Assembly (NCBI GenBank): GCA_043813955.1
Contig: JBDRKN010000020.1
Location: forward strand, 685-64,684
Reading direction: 5' to 3'
Source of the DNA: a bacterium
GTDB taxonomy: Bacteria > Patescibacteriota > Patescibacteriia > Patescibacteriales > Patescibacteriaceae
DNA length: 64,000 nucleotides
The notes beneath the pieces are model-generated. The model did no database searches, was not told the DNA's origin, and was given only the letters and a program-made list of their open reading frames with translations. A program made the translations under genes and the position numbers. Shown here piece after piece: positions 17,199-26,672 of this stretch; the first letter of the stretch is position 1; each line of letters starts with the position of its first letter.

Positions 17199-18452
17199 AT
17201 GTTTAAAAAGATAATAATATTCCTATTTATAGCATCATTGTCCCTTATAATAACCAAGGTCTTGTTTGCTTTTGACGAACCAGCTCTAAAAGAGTATTCA
17301 ATAGAGGAGACTAATGCAGAAATCATGGAGCTAAATATTGATATTGAGTCTAAAAAAGATGAATTAAACAAACTAAATTCTAAGCAAGAGGCATATCAGC
17401 AGGAAATACGCTATGCTCAGTCAAAACAGGCTAGCCTGGATAATCAAATAGCTATCCTAGACAATCGCGTAGCTGATGCCCAGATCAGCATTGACAAAGT
17501 AAAGCTGAATATTGAAAAAGTTAATTTGGAAATTAAAAAGATTGATTTGGAAATAAGAGCAAAGGATAAAAAGATTGAGCAGGAAAAGGAACAATTAGCT
17601 GTGGCTATAAAATTATTATACCAGCAGGGGAATAAGAGCGATTTGGAAATTATTCTATCCCATGATAACTTGAGCGATTATTTGGATCAAATTAAATACT
17701 TAAAAGATATTAATACAGGTATTACAGACAGCTTGGATGATTTAAGGGAAAATCAAGTTCAATTAGCTAAAAACAAAGAAGAATTAGAAAAAAAAGAATC
17801 CAGCCTTAATCAATTAAAAGACGATTTAAGTCTAAAGCAGGGCGGCTTGACAGCTGAACAGGATAGCAAAACATTTCTATTATCTCAGACTAAATCATCA
17901 GAAAAAGAGTATCAAAGGTTATTAGAATTAGCCAAGCAGGAACAGGAGCAGGCGTCTACTGAAATAGCTGCCTTGGAAAAAACAATCAGAGAAAAACTGT
18001 CTAGGATGGATAACAACCAGCTTGATGAACACGCAGGAGATAGTGAAGGCCTAATTTGGCCAATATCTAAGAACACTATTACTGCGTACTTTCATGACCC
18101 TGATTATCCATTTAGGCATTTATTTGAACATCCGGCTATTGATATTAGGGCAGGGCAGGGAACGCAGATTAAAGCAGCAGACTTTGGTTATGTTGCCAGA
18201 ACCAAATTTGATGGAGATAACAGCTATGCCTATATCATGATTGTCCACAGCAACGGACTGGCTACTGTTTATGGCCATGTTTCAAAGATTTATGTGCAAG
18301 AAGACGAATATGTCTCACAGGGGCAGGTTATAGGGTTAACAGGGGGCACACCAGGCACTCCTGGCTGTGGAAGGCTTAGCACAGGCCCTCATTTGCATTT
18401 TGAGGTTAGATTAGACGGTATTCCTGTTAATCCATTAGAATATTTGCCATAA
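17199..18452 (+). CDS. M23-family metallopeptidase with N-terminal coiled coil (EnvC-like)
   Basis: Signal/TM segment, long coiled coil, and a C-terminal LytM/M23 domain (HPAIDI, GHVSKI, GPHLHFEV). Confidence 0.85.
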   Translation: MFKKIIIFLFIASLSLIITKVLFAFDEPALKEYSIEETNAEIMELNIDIESKKDELNKLNSKQEAYQQEIRYAQSKQASLDNQIAILDNRVADAQISIDKVKLNIEKVNLEIKKIDLEIRAKDKKIEQEKEQLAVAIKLLYQQGNKSDLEIILSHDNLSDYLDQIKYLKDINTGITDSLDDLRENQVQLAKNKEELEKKESSLNQLKDDLSLKQGGLTAEQDSKTFLLSQTKSSEKEYQRLLELAKQEQEQASTEIAALEKTIREKLSRMDNNQLDEHAGDSEGLIWPISKNTITAYFHDPDYPFRHLFEHPAIDIRAGQGTQIKAADFGYVARTKFDGDNSYAYIMIVHSNGLATVYGHVSKIYVQEDEYVSQGQVIGLTGGTPGTPGCGRLSTGPHLHFEVRLDGIPVNPLEYLP

Positions 18453-18527
18453 ATAGAAAAAAACTTGTTTAAAAGATTATTATTATAGTAATCTTTTTTA
18501 ATATTAGCCAAAAATTAAGATTTAGGT

Positions 18528-18556
18528 TTGACAATAATTAAGAAATATGATATAAT
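18528..18556 (+). promoter_or_regulatory. Consensus sigma70 promoter TTGACA-17-TATAAT
   Basis: Read directly: TTGACA 18528-18533, 17-nt spacer, TATAAT 18551-18556; 48 nt upstream of the ATG at 18605, which has an AAGGAG SD. Confidence 0.6.
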
Positions 18557-18604
18557 GATATATTATTTGTAAAATTAACAATTTAATAAAAAAGGAGAAT
18601 TCTC

Positions 18605-18997
18605 ATGAAATCCAATTATTTTGTAGAACTAGAAATATTAAAAGACTTGGTTAGCAACAATTGTAATGAAGAGAGCAAAAAAAAGTATTTAGAAGAATGT
18701 TGGGTAAAATTAACAAAAAACCTTGACGCAAATTCAAACAATACTTTGCAAGAAATAGCGAAAACTATTGATAGAGTTTTTAAAAATTTAAAGGATCTTG
18801 TAAAAGCGCTCTGTCTTGCGGCAGATGATAGCAGAATGCCAAAACTTGGATATTGGGCAAAAGGACTCAATATCAAAATATCAGAAGCTGAAACATTCCT
18901 TCCAGGCTATATAGTTTCGATTGCACTTAAAGAAAATATGGCAACATATTGTAATCAGGGGATACCAAGAGGAATTTTATACAACAAGGCAGGATAA
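18605..18997 (+). CDS. Hypothetical protein (130 aa)
   Basis: Consensus promoter, AAGGAG SD and a downstream hairpin. No family recognised. Confidence 0.55.
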   Translation: MKSNYFVELEILKDLVSNNCNEESKKKYLEECWVKLTKNLDANSNNTLQEIAKTIDRVFKNLKDLVKALCLAADDSRMPKLGYWAKGLNIKISEAETFLPGYIVSIALKENMATYCNQGIPRGILYNKAG

Positions 18998-19008
18998 TTA
19001 AAAAATAA

Positions 19009-19046
19009 AGCCGATCCAATGTATAACACAAAGGACGGCTTTTTTA
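19009..19046. terminator. Imperfect hairpin + T-run between convergent genes
   Basis: AGCCGATCC...GGACGGCT followed by T6; one unpaired base in the stem. Confidence 0.45.
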
Positions 19047-19055
19047 TTTGCATAA

Positions 19056-20000
19056 TTATTCTTTTAATGGATGAAATTTTTTCTGTATTTTTTGCGCGTA
19101 AAGATCAGAGGCGTGAACATAACGGGTGGTAGTATCAAGAGATTCATGGCCTAATAAAATTTGAATTGCTACAGGATTGGCCCCAGCTTCAGCTAAATAA
19201 GTAGCAAAACCATGCCGTAAAGAGTGGGCTGAAGTCGGAACATTAATACCCAAAATTTCTCTATATTTTTTTATTTTAAATTGTAGATAATTAGTTGATA
19301 TTTTTTTGTCTTTTATAGGACCAGAATTAAGACCTCGGTAGGGGATAAAGGCAAACACAGAATCATCGCGTCTTATATTTAAATAAGCTCTTAAATGTTT
19401 AAAAGCTCTCGGGGTTAAATAAACAAATCTTTCTTTTTTGCCTTTTCCTAAAACAAAAATGCGTCCATTTTTATCTATCTGGCTTATTTTTAAATTAATT
19501 AATTCAGAGATTCTCATGCCAGTTGAAAACAAAACTTCAAGCATAGCCCTATTGCGCAAGGCTATTCTTTGGTCAGTTTCTAATTCAGAAGGACACTCAA
19601 TTAACTTAACAATTTCCTCTAATTCTGCAACCTGCGGTTTCTTTTTTACAGTTTTTATCATCTTAATAACTTCAGGGGAAAGAGGGGAGTCATAGTCCAT
19701 TTCAATTAAATATTTAAAATAACTTCTTAAAACTGACAGCATCCTATTAACAGAGTAGGCGTCTAATTGTTTTTTGCCTAATTCACGATTAGCTGTTTTT
19801 CTATGGCCAGAAATCAACCAGGCTTTATAATTTAAAATATCTTTTTTAGTCAGCTTGCTAAAGATAATTTTATTTTTTATTAAAAAATCAGAAAAAACCC
19901 TTAAATCACGTTTGTAATTATAAATAGTTGCTGGTGAATAATTATTTACCTTAAGATTTAATAAAAAATCTTCTAATAAAGGCAATGGGTGATTAGCCAT
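19056..20000 (-). CDS. Tyrosine recombinase, XerC/XerD-like
   Basis: SAM-like N-terminal domain plus catalytic motifs (MLEVLFSTGMRISEL, HSLRHGFATYL, LGHESLDTTTRYVH). Confidence 0.85.
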   Translation of the reverse strand: MANHPLPLLEDFLLNLKVNNYSPATIYNYKRDLRVFSDFLIKNKIIFSKLTKKDILNYKAWLISGHRKTANRELGKKQLDAYSVNRMLSVLRSYFKYLIEMDYDSPLSPEVIKMIKTVKKKPQVAELEEIVKLIECPSELETDQRIALRNRAMLEVLFSTGMRISELINLKISQIDKNGRIFVLGKGKKERFVYLTPRAFKHLRAYLNIRRDDSVFAFIPYRGLNSGPIKDKKISTNYLQFKIKKYREILGINVPTSAHSLRHGFATYLAEAGANPVAIQILLGHESLDTTTRYVHASDLYAQKIQKKFHPLKE

Positions 20001-20226
20001 AAATTTATGCTTTAATGAATAATTAAACAGAGTGCTGCTTTTTTTACTTTAAATTAGCCATTTAAATTACTGCGTATAATATCCCTTATACTCAATTATA
20101 GCATAAAATTAAATCTGATGCAAATAATATTACACCTACATTAAAATTTTTCCTCCTATAGGTATGTTGTATCATGAATCATAAAAAATTTTAAACATAG
20201 TCAACGCAGGAATTAAAATTAAAAAC

Positions 20227-20252
20227 AAAAGACGATGTAAGTATCGTCTTTT
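20227..20252. terminator. Hairpin terminator, nested in a 12-bp AT-rich inverted repeat
   Basis: GACGAT-gtaagt-ATCGTC flanked by A/T runs. The outer inverted repeat is GGAATTAAAATT (20209-20220) / AATTTTAATTCC (20259-20270). Confidence 0.55.
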
Positions 20253-20269
20253 AAAATAAATTTTAATTC

Positions 20270-20416
20270 CTATGAGATGGTTAGGCCAATAAAATGAATC
20301 TCATCATTAAATAACAGAATAATTTTTAGCGCCAATAAAAAAAATCCAATCGCTGTGATAATAAAAACGATTACTGCTAAAAAAAATACTATTTTGAAAA
20401 TTGTTTCCTGCCACAT
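20270..20416 (-). CDS. Possible small membrane protein (48 aa), not in ORF track
   Basis: My translation: MWQETIFKIVFFLAVIVFIITAIGFFLLALKIILLFNDEIHFIGLTIS. One or two TM helices, followed by a terminator. The SD spacing is poor. Confidence 0.3.
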   Translation of the reverse strand: MWQETIFKIVFFLAVIVFIITAIGFFLLALKIILLFNDEIHFIGLTIS

Positions 20417-20487
20417 ACTCCTCTCTTATATTTTTAAATTTAAACTTTAATATTTTTATTATCCCCTCTCCCCTCTTTAAATATTAT

Positions 20488-20775
20488 TTATAAAATATCA
20501 AATTTTATTTTTTCTTTATATACCCTTTTATTTTTGAGCCGCAATGCGTAAAAATGAATTTCTCCCTTTTCTATATTGTAAAAAATTCTATACTTATCCC
20601 CTGCTACATGTTTGCGCCTGCATCCAAGTTGTTCTATGAATTCTGATTTTATATATGGGTTTTCCAAAATAATATCTATAGCTTTTTTTATTATGGATTT
20701 TAATTTGATATTATTTATAGCTAAACTCTCAAGATTGTCCTTAAATTCCAAGGTATATCTATCTTTATAATCCAT
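20488..20775 (-). CDS. RelE/ParE-family toxin (type II TA)
   Basis: 95 aa; the ...RRKHVAGDKYRIFYNIEKGEIHFYALRLKNKRVY pattern is typical of the RelE/ParE fold. Confidence 0.65.
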   Translation of the reverse strand: MDYKDRYTLEFKDNLESLAINNIKLKSIIKKAIDIILENPYIKSEFIEQLGCRRKHVAGDKYRIFYNIEKGEIHFYALRLKNKRVYKEKIKFDIL

Positions 20776-20782
20776 ATAATGT

Positions 20783-20959
20783 TTAATTGAAAAGATCCTC
20801 TCTTGAAAATAAATTCCCTTCTAAAGCTTGTCTTTTGCCTCTCTCAATAGATTCAATATCTGATTCATCAAAAAATTCTTCTTCTATAAAATTCAAATTT
20901 TTAGTAAAACCAGAAATTAAAGTTGTGATAAAAATTGGTTGCGCTGTTTGTGCAGACAT
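20783..20959 (-). CDS. Putative cognate antitoxin (58 aa), below the ORF-track cut-off
   Basis: My translation: MSAQTAQPIFITTLISGFTKNLNFIEEEFFDESDIESIERGKRQALEGNLFSREDLFN. It ends 7 nt before the toxin ATG. Small, acidic and upstream of the toxin, as expected for an antitoxin. Confidence 0.45.
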   Translation of the reverse strand: MSAQTAQPIFITTLISGFTKNLNFIEEEFFDESDIESIERGKRQALEGNLFSREDLFN

Positions 20960-20971
20960 ATAAAATAATGA

Positions 20972-21211
20972 TTATTTTAATTTTTTTATAAGATTATTTA
21001 AAACTTTTGCGAAATCTTTAGTATGCTCAACTGACATTATTACTCTGCTTGCAACTTTGGCATCAGTTGGAGATACGGTAATAAAATCAAAAAATATTTC
21101 ATTTTTAGAAACAGAAATATTAACTAAATTGGAATAAACTGAAGATAACTCTTTTGGTAAATTTATATTTATTTTGTTATCATTTTTATTATTAGTTTTT
21201 AAACTAGGCAT
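20972..21211 (-). CDS. DUF3467-like small protein
   Basis: 79 aa; the central YSNLVNISVSKNEIFFDF pattern resembles DUF3467. This comes from memory of the family, not a search. Confidence 0.45.
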   Translation of the reverse strand: MPSLKTNNKNDNKININLPKELSSVYSNLVNISVSKNEIFFDFITVSPTDAKVASRVIMSVEHTKDFAKVLNNLIKKLK

Positions 21212-21317
21212 AATTATAAAATTAATTTTGAGAATAAGATATTTATATCAAATTAGCACAACAATGTCAACATAATGCTAATTTTATTATAACATAAATT
21301 TTCTATTTTTATAAATA

Positions 21318-22130
21318 TTATTTATAAAAAACTTTATCACCATACCTTAAGTCTATATACAGCTTGTTGTAGAATGCTGAATCCATAATCTCTTTCTTTA
21401 CTGCGACCAGCTTATTAACCTGCTTAGCTATAGCCTCCTCTGTATTAAAGTACAGCAATGGCCCCTCCTCTACCTTAAGCTTAAATGTATTGACTTCGCC
21501 GTCAATAACATACTGCTGGATTGGCAAATCGCTAAGAGCCGCGGTTATCTGCTGATGCAGGCCATTAATAGAATCTAAATATTTGCCTTCTATAACAATG
21601 CTCCTCCCCTCCTTCTTAAGCTCATCTAAGTTGTTAATTATAATTATATCTTCAGGACAATCAAAAGATTCTAAAATAATATCGCCATTGCGGTTAATAT
21701 AATAATATGTTTCATTCTCATGCCAGACCATAGAATAGTCCTTCTCCTCTAAATTAAGCGCCAATCCTTTTGGCCATCGCTTTTTAATTCTTAGCCGATT
21801 TATTTGAAAATTTTCATGCAAACTCTCAAACAGCCAGTCTTTGTCTAAAAAAATCAAATTATCCTGCGGAAAAACATACCATTTTTTTTGATCAAGATGC
21901 TCCCAGATAAAACTTTCTAATTCAACCTCAGAAATATTCTTAGTATTAGAAATAACTATATGTTTAAGAGTAAAAACATCTGAAAGAGTAATCAGCCATA
22001 GCAAGCCAAGTATAAAAAAAATAAAAACCATGCGCATAAGCTTGGTTTTAATTATTTTCTTTTTTTTATCAGCGCTTGGAAGCACAACTGTAACAATTCT
22101 ATTGCCTGATTTTCTGCGCCTGTTAAACAT
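21318..22130 (-). CDS. ftsQ: Cell-division protein FtsQ-like (TM + POTRA)
   Basis: N-terminal basic tail, one TM helix, then a POTRA-like segment (FTLKHIVISNTKNISEVELESFI). Size and architecture match FtsQ/DivIB. Confidence 0.6.
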   Translation of the reverse strand: MFNRRRKSGNRIVTVVLPSADKKKKIIKTKLMRMVFIFFILGLLWLITLSDVFTLKHIVISNTKNISEVELESFIWEHLDQKKWYVFPQDNLIFLDKDWLFESLHENFQINRLRIKKRWPKGLALNLEEKDYSMVWHENETYYYINRNGDIILESFDCPEDIIIINNLDELKKEGRSIVIEGKYLDSINGLHQQITAALSDLPIQQYVIDGEVNTFKLKVEEGPLLYFNTEEAIAKQVNKLVAVKKEIMDSAFYNKLYIDLRYGDKVFYK

Positions 22131-22132
22131 AA

Positions 22133-23392
22133 TTATCTCTTAATCACTTTTAAGTTATTTAAATATGGCCGTAGAGCTTTTGGCACTTCTACAGATCCGT
22201 CAGCTTGCTGATAATTCTCTAATATGGCTATTATGGCTCTGGGCACAGCAATGCCAGTGCCATTTAATGTATGTACATAATCTTTGCCATCCATTGTTTT
22301 GTACTTAATATTCAATCCTCTAGCCTGATAATCTGTGCAATTAGAGCAAGAGGTAATTTCAGCCCAGCCCCCTTCTCCTTCATCCTTGTTAGGCTTGCCT
22401 GGCAGCCAGGCTTCTAAATCAAAAGTTCTGGCAGATGGATTGCCTAAATCAGCTGTGCAATGGTCAACAACCCTGTATGGAATGCCCAAGCCTTTAAAAA
22501 TCTCCTTTTGAATAGCCAGCATTTCATTATGTATTTTCTCGCTCTCGTCTGGCTTGGTATATGCAAACATTTCCACTTTAGTAAACTGATGCACCCTGAA
22601 TATGCCTTTGGAATATTTGGAATAAGTTCCAGCTTCTGTTCTAAAACAATGAGATACAGCTACATATCGCTTAGGAAGCCCTTCTAAAAGCTCATCTGCA
22701 TGATATGCTCCTAAAGTAATCTCAGACGTACCAATCAAGCTTAAATCACTGTCTTTTATATTATAGACCTGGGTTGATTCCCCTCTTGGGCTGTATCCAA
22801 GCTTCTCTATAATACCTGTCTTGGCTAAATCAGGAGTCATCATTGGCATATAGCTCATCTTTGTAATAATATCCAAGGCATACTGCACTAAAGCCTGCTC
22901 CATTAAGGCTAATTCATTTTTAAGAAAATAAAACTTAGCGCCAGCTACTTTAGCCCCTCTTTCCATATCAATCAAATCTAATTTGACAGCTAATTCTAAA
23001 TGGTCTTTTGGCTTAAACTTAAACTTGGCTGTCTTTCCAACCTCTTCCATAACAACATTATCTTCTTCATTAGAACTTACTTTAACACTCTTATGCGCCA
23101 AATTTGGAATCATGATTAAAAGCTGGATTAGCTCATCATTAATAATAATTAAATTATTCTCAATCTGCTTAATCTGGCCACTCGCCTGCTTCATTTCCTC
23201 GATCTCTGAATCACTTGGCTTTATTTTGGATTTAATATTGCGCTTGGCCTGAAGCTGCTGCAATTGGCCCTGGATTTTTCTTTTTTCATCATCAAGCTGT
23301 AAAAGGCGGTCAATATCAACCATTACTCCCCTATTATCATTATTTTGTTTTACTAAGTGAGGATTCTCACGTATAAATTTAATGTCTAACAT
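22133..23392 (-). CDS. serS: Serine--tRNA ligase
   Basis: N-terminal coiled-coil arm plus class II core motifs (FRTEAG, GTGIAVPR). Confidence 0.95.
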   Translation of the reverse strand: MLDIKFIRENPHLVKQNNDNRGVMVDIDRLLQLDDEKRKIQGQLQQLQAKRNIKSKIKPSDSEIEEMKQASGQIKQIENNLIIINDELIQLLIMIPNLAHKSVKVSSNEEDNVVMEEVGKTAKFKFKPKDHLELAVKLDLIDMERGAKVAGAKFYFLKNELALMEQALVQYALDIITKMSYMPMMTPDLAKTGIIEKLGYSPRGESTQVYNIKDSDLSLIGTSEITLGAYHADELLEGLPKRYVAVSHCFRTEAGTYSKYSKGIFRVHQFTKVEMFAYTKPDESEKIHNEMLAIQKEIFKGLGIPYRVVDHCTADLGNPSARTFDLEAWLPGKPNKDEGEGGWAEITSCSNCTDYQARGLNIKYKTMDGKDYVHTLNGTGIAVPRAIIAILENYQQADGSVEVPKALRPYLNNLKVIKR

Positions 23393-23393
23393 A

Positions 23394-25508
23394 TTATAAT
23401 CCTAATTCATTAGCAATGTTTTTTAATGCATCCAGGCTAATCTGCAAGAATGTGTCCAACTCCATTCCAGCCTGTTCGCATTCATTAATTATCTCTCGAT
23501 TGCAATTAACAGCAAAAGCAAGAGTCTTTAATTTCTTTTTCAATGAGTTTAACTCCACATTAGCCAGCTTTTTATCAGGCCTGACCAAGGTAGTCGCTAT
23601 AATCAAGCCAGTCAAGGTTTCAGCTGCTGCTAATAAATGCTCTAGCTTACCTGCGCGCTTCTTGTCAGCATATACGCTTATCTGCGGATGCCCATAGCAA
23701 TGGGAAATCACAGAATTTATTAAAAACTGGCTAGTGCCTGCCTGTTTTAATAGCTCAACAGCCTTAACACAATGCTGAGAAGGATCATCCTTTGTTAATT
23801 CCCAGTCAATATCATGTAATAATCCAACAATGCCCCATATCTCAGAATCTTCATTTAAATGCTCAGCTAAAGCCCGCATAATTACTTCAGTTTCCCTGCA
23901 GTGTAATAATGTATTCTTGTTATGTATATACTTATGTAATAATTCATTAGCCTGCTTGTAATCCATACCCAATTCTGGAGAGCTAAATTCTTCTTCTGCT
24001 TTTACATCAAGTTTAATTTCTGGCTCATATACTGGCTCAGGTTTTTCTAATTTAGGCTTCATTAATGGAAAAATCTGGCATTCTCTTGATGTTTTATTCA
24101 TTAAAAAGCTAAATGCTCTCTCTGACATGCCAAAACCGCAGGTTGGAGGCATTCCATATTCTAAAGCTTCAACAAATTCATCATCTTTGCGCTGCGCCTC
24201 TTCATCCCCTGCTTCACGCAATTTTTGCTGTTCTTCAAATCGTTTAATCTGATCTAATGGATCATTAAGCTCGCTGTATCCATTTCCTAATTCAGAGCCG
24301 GCAATAATTACTTGAAATCGCTGGGCAAGATCTGGATTTTTTTGATCACGCTTGGCTAATGGCGAAACAGCAATTGGCACGCCGACTAAAAATCCAGGGC
24401 CAGCAAGCTTTTTGCGGCAATGCTTCCATAAACTATCAATAGCGCGTGTAATATTAAAACCATTAATATCATATTCTATTCCAAGCTCTTTTAATTTAGC
24501 TTCCATTTCTTCTAAACTAGCTGATAGAATATCAATTCCTATATGCTCTTGAACTATTTCTCTGTAATCATATCTTTCCCATGATTTATCTAAATCAACT
24601 TCAAATTCATTAATAGTGAATTTAAGAGTTTTAAAAGTTTGTTCAGCTATGTATTTAAACATCTCCTCTACTAATTTCATTCCCTTTTCATAATCAGCAT
24701 AAGCCCAATAAAATTCCATCTGAGTATAATCCTGCAAATGTTCAGAATCCATGCCCTCATTTCTAAACTGCCTTCCTATTTCAAAGGTTTTTTCAAACCC
24801 GGCTACCATGAGTTTTTTCTGCCATAATTCACCCATTGAAATGCGCAGATATACATCTAAATCCAAAGCATTGTAATGTGTTACAAAGGGCCTGGCATCA
24901 GCTCCGCCTGGCGTATTTTCCAAAATCGGAGTCTCAACTTCCACAAAACCCTTGTTTTTCAAAAATTCTCTAACAGAATTCCAAAACTTATCCTTTTTTA
25001 AAATCATGTCCTTGACTTCAGGATTCATTAAAATATCCAGATATCTTTTTCTTAATCTCTCCTCCTCGTTTTTTAATCCATACCATTGGTCAGGCAAGGG
25101 CCGCAAGGCCTTTGATATCAAGCGCCAGGACTTAACCAGCAAACTCTGTTCTCCAGCCTTGGTAACAAAACAAACGCCATTAACTTCTACAAAATCGCTA
25201 ACGTCAAGAAATTTAATTAAATTATTATAGTTCTCCCCTATTTCATTCTTTGAAAAAACAAGCTGAATCTTTCCAGAATAATCTTCTAAATCAGCAAAAG
25301 AAATATTTCCATGAGAGCGCAAGCTGCGCAGCCTGCCTGCTAAAACAATATTTTCTTCCTTTTTCTTTAAATCATCAAAGCTAGACAGCACATTGCCTGC
25401 TTCATATGAGCGATTAACAACAGCCGGGTATGGATTAATACCCTGCTCTTTAATCTGCTCTAGTTTTTTAATGCGATCAGCTCGTTCGCTTTGTTTTTCC
25501 TCTATCAT
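23394..25508 (-). CDS. lysS: Lysine--tRNA ligase (class II) fused to a C-terminal HD-domain phosphohydrolase
   Basis: aa 1-~495 are a complete LysRS (OB anticodon-binding domain, class II core, ending ...IFPLMKP). After a ~25-aa linker comes an HD domain (HCRETEVIMRALAEHLNEDSEIWGIVGLLHDIDWE). Confidence 0.9.
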   Translation of the reverse strand: MIEEKQSERADRIKKLEQIKEQGINPYPAVVNRSYEAGNVLSSFDDLKKKEENIVLAGRLRSLRSHGNISFADLEDYSGKIQLVFSKNEIGENYNNLIKFLDVSDFVEVNGVCFVTKAGEQSLLVKSWRLISKALRPLPDQWYGLKNEEERLRKRYLDILMNPEVKDMILKKDKFWNSVREFLKNKGFVEVETPILENTPGGADARPFVTHYNALDLDVYLRISMGELWQKKLMVAGFEKTFEIGRQFRNEGMDSEHLQDYTQMEFYWAYADYEKGMKLVEEMFKYIAEQTFKTLKFTINEFEVDLDKSWERYDYREIVQEHIGIDILSASLEEMEAKLKELGIEYDINGFNITRAIDSLWKHCRKKLAGPGFLVGVPIAVSPLAKRDQKNPDLAQRFQVIIAGSELGNGYSELNDPLDQIKRFEEQQKLREAGDEEAQRKDDEFVEALEYGMPPTCGFGMSERAFSFLMNKTSRECQIFPLMKPKLEKPEPVYEPEIKLDVKAEEEFSSPELGMDYKQANELLHKYIHNKNTLLHCRETEVIMRALAEHLNEDSEIWGIVGLLHDIDWELTKDDPSQHCVKAVELLKQAGTSQFLINSVISHCYGHPQISVYADKKRAGKLEHLLAAAETLTGLIIATTLVRPDKKLANVELNSLKKKLKTLAFAVNCNREIINECEQAGMELDTFLQISLDALKNIANELGL

Positions 25509-25587
25509 ACAAACTCAAAATATCCAGTAAATTACCGGAAGAATAAATAGTTATAGTTATATTTTAAGATATTTTAAGTTAAAAGTC

Positions 25588-25619
25588 AAAAAAACGCGCA
25601 TTATATAATAATGCGCGCT
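25588..25619 (-). terminator. Intrinsic terminator of the response-regulator gene
   Basis: On the minus strand: GCGCGCATTAT-tatat-AATGCGCG followed by T7. Confidence 0.65.
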
Positions 25620-25680
25620 GCAAATAATTTTAATTTAAAAAAATATTTACATTTACTATATTCACAAGATGTTAGGTATT

Positions 25681-26130
25681 TTATGAAGATAATACCAGAT
25701 CCTGTAAATGATAAATATACTTGCAGAAACAGCTATACTCAACAGCATTCTTGACTTTAGCTAATAATACCTTTTCTACTACTGGTTTTAGCATAAAATC
25801 ATATGCTCCAGCTTCTATGGCTTGTTCCTGATATGCTCTTTCTAAAAACATCATAGACATTAAAATAACTGGGATGTTCTTTGTTTGAGGATTTTCCTTA
25901 ATGCGTTTGCAGGCTTCATAACCATTTATTATTTTTGGCATCATTAAATCCAAAACTATGGCATCTGCTGAGCTATCGCTCTCTAATTTTTCAATCAACT
26001 CTTGCCCGTTATAAAGCGCGATTGTATTATACCCGGCATCCTTTAAATATCTGCGAATCAACTGGGCTGTGATTTTATTATCCTCAACAACCAAAATATG
26101 AGAACGATACTCCTCAATTAATTTTTCCAT
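25681..26130 (-). CDS. Stand-alone response-regulator receiver domain protein (CheY-like)
   Basis: ILVVEDN, DAIVLDLMMP and a conserved K further on. No output domain. Confidence 0.8.
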   Translation of the reverse strand: MEKLIEEYRSHILVVEDNKITAQLIRRYLKDAGYNTIALYNGQELIEKLESDSSADAIVLDLMMPKIINGYEACKRIKENPQTKNIPVILMSMMFLERAYQEQAIEAGAYDFMLKPVVEKVLLAKVKNAVEYSCFCKYIYHLQDLVLSS

Positions 26131-26165
26131 AATAAATTCCTTTGTAAAAGTGCAACAATATTTAT

Positions 26166-26621
26166 TTATTCAACTTTTAAAATCTTGTATTCTACTTCAC
26201 CTTTAGGAGTCTGAACCATAATCTTATCTCCTTTTTTCTTTTCTAACAAAGCTATTCCCAGAGGCGATTCATTAGAAATTTTCCCTCCTAATGGATCGGC
26301 TTCATTAAAGCTTACAATAGTAAATTCTTTTTTTTGTCCATTAGCCGAAGATGTTACCCTAGAACCCATTCCAATATTCCCATTATTACCGCTTGGCACT
26401 ACCTGAACGTTTTTCAGCAAGTTGGTAATTTCAATAATCTTTCCTTCATTAAAAGCCTGCGCTTCTTTAGCATCAGCATATTCAGCATTCTCGCTCAAAT
26501 CTCCCAATTCCTTAGCTGACTCAATACGATCAGCAATTTCCCTTCTCTTGGTCTTGGTTAAATATTGCAATTCACGCTCTAGCTTTTCATAACCTTCCTG
26601 GGAAATAATTTGTTCAGACAT
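26166..26621 (-). CDS. greA: Transcription elongation factor GreA
   Basis: Coiled-coil N-terminus with the acidic tip (GDLSENAEYADAKE) plus a C-terminal FKBP-like domain. Confidence 0.9.
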   Translation of the reverse strand: MSEQIISQEGYEKLERELQYLTKTKRREIADRIESAKELGDLSENAEYADAKEAQAFNEGKIIEITNLLKNVQVVPSGNNGNIGMGSRVTSSANGQKKEFTIVSFNEADPLGGKISNESPLGIALLEKKKGDKIMVQTPKGEVEYKILKVE

Positions 26622-26672
26622 AATATAATTTTTAATTATAACTTAATACACACTATACAATGTTTTCCAAAA

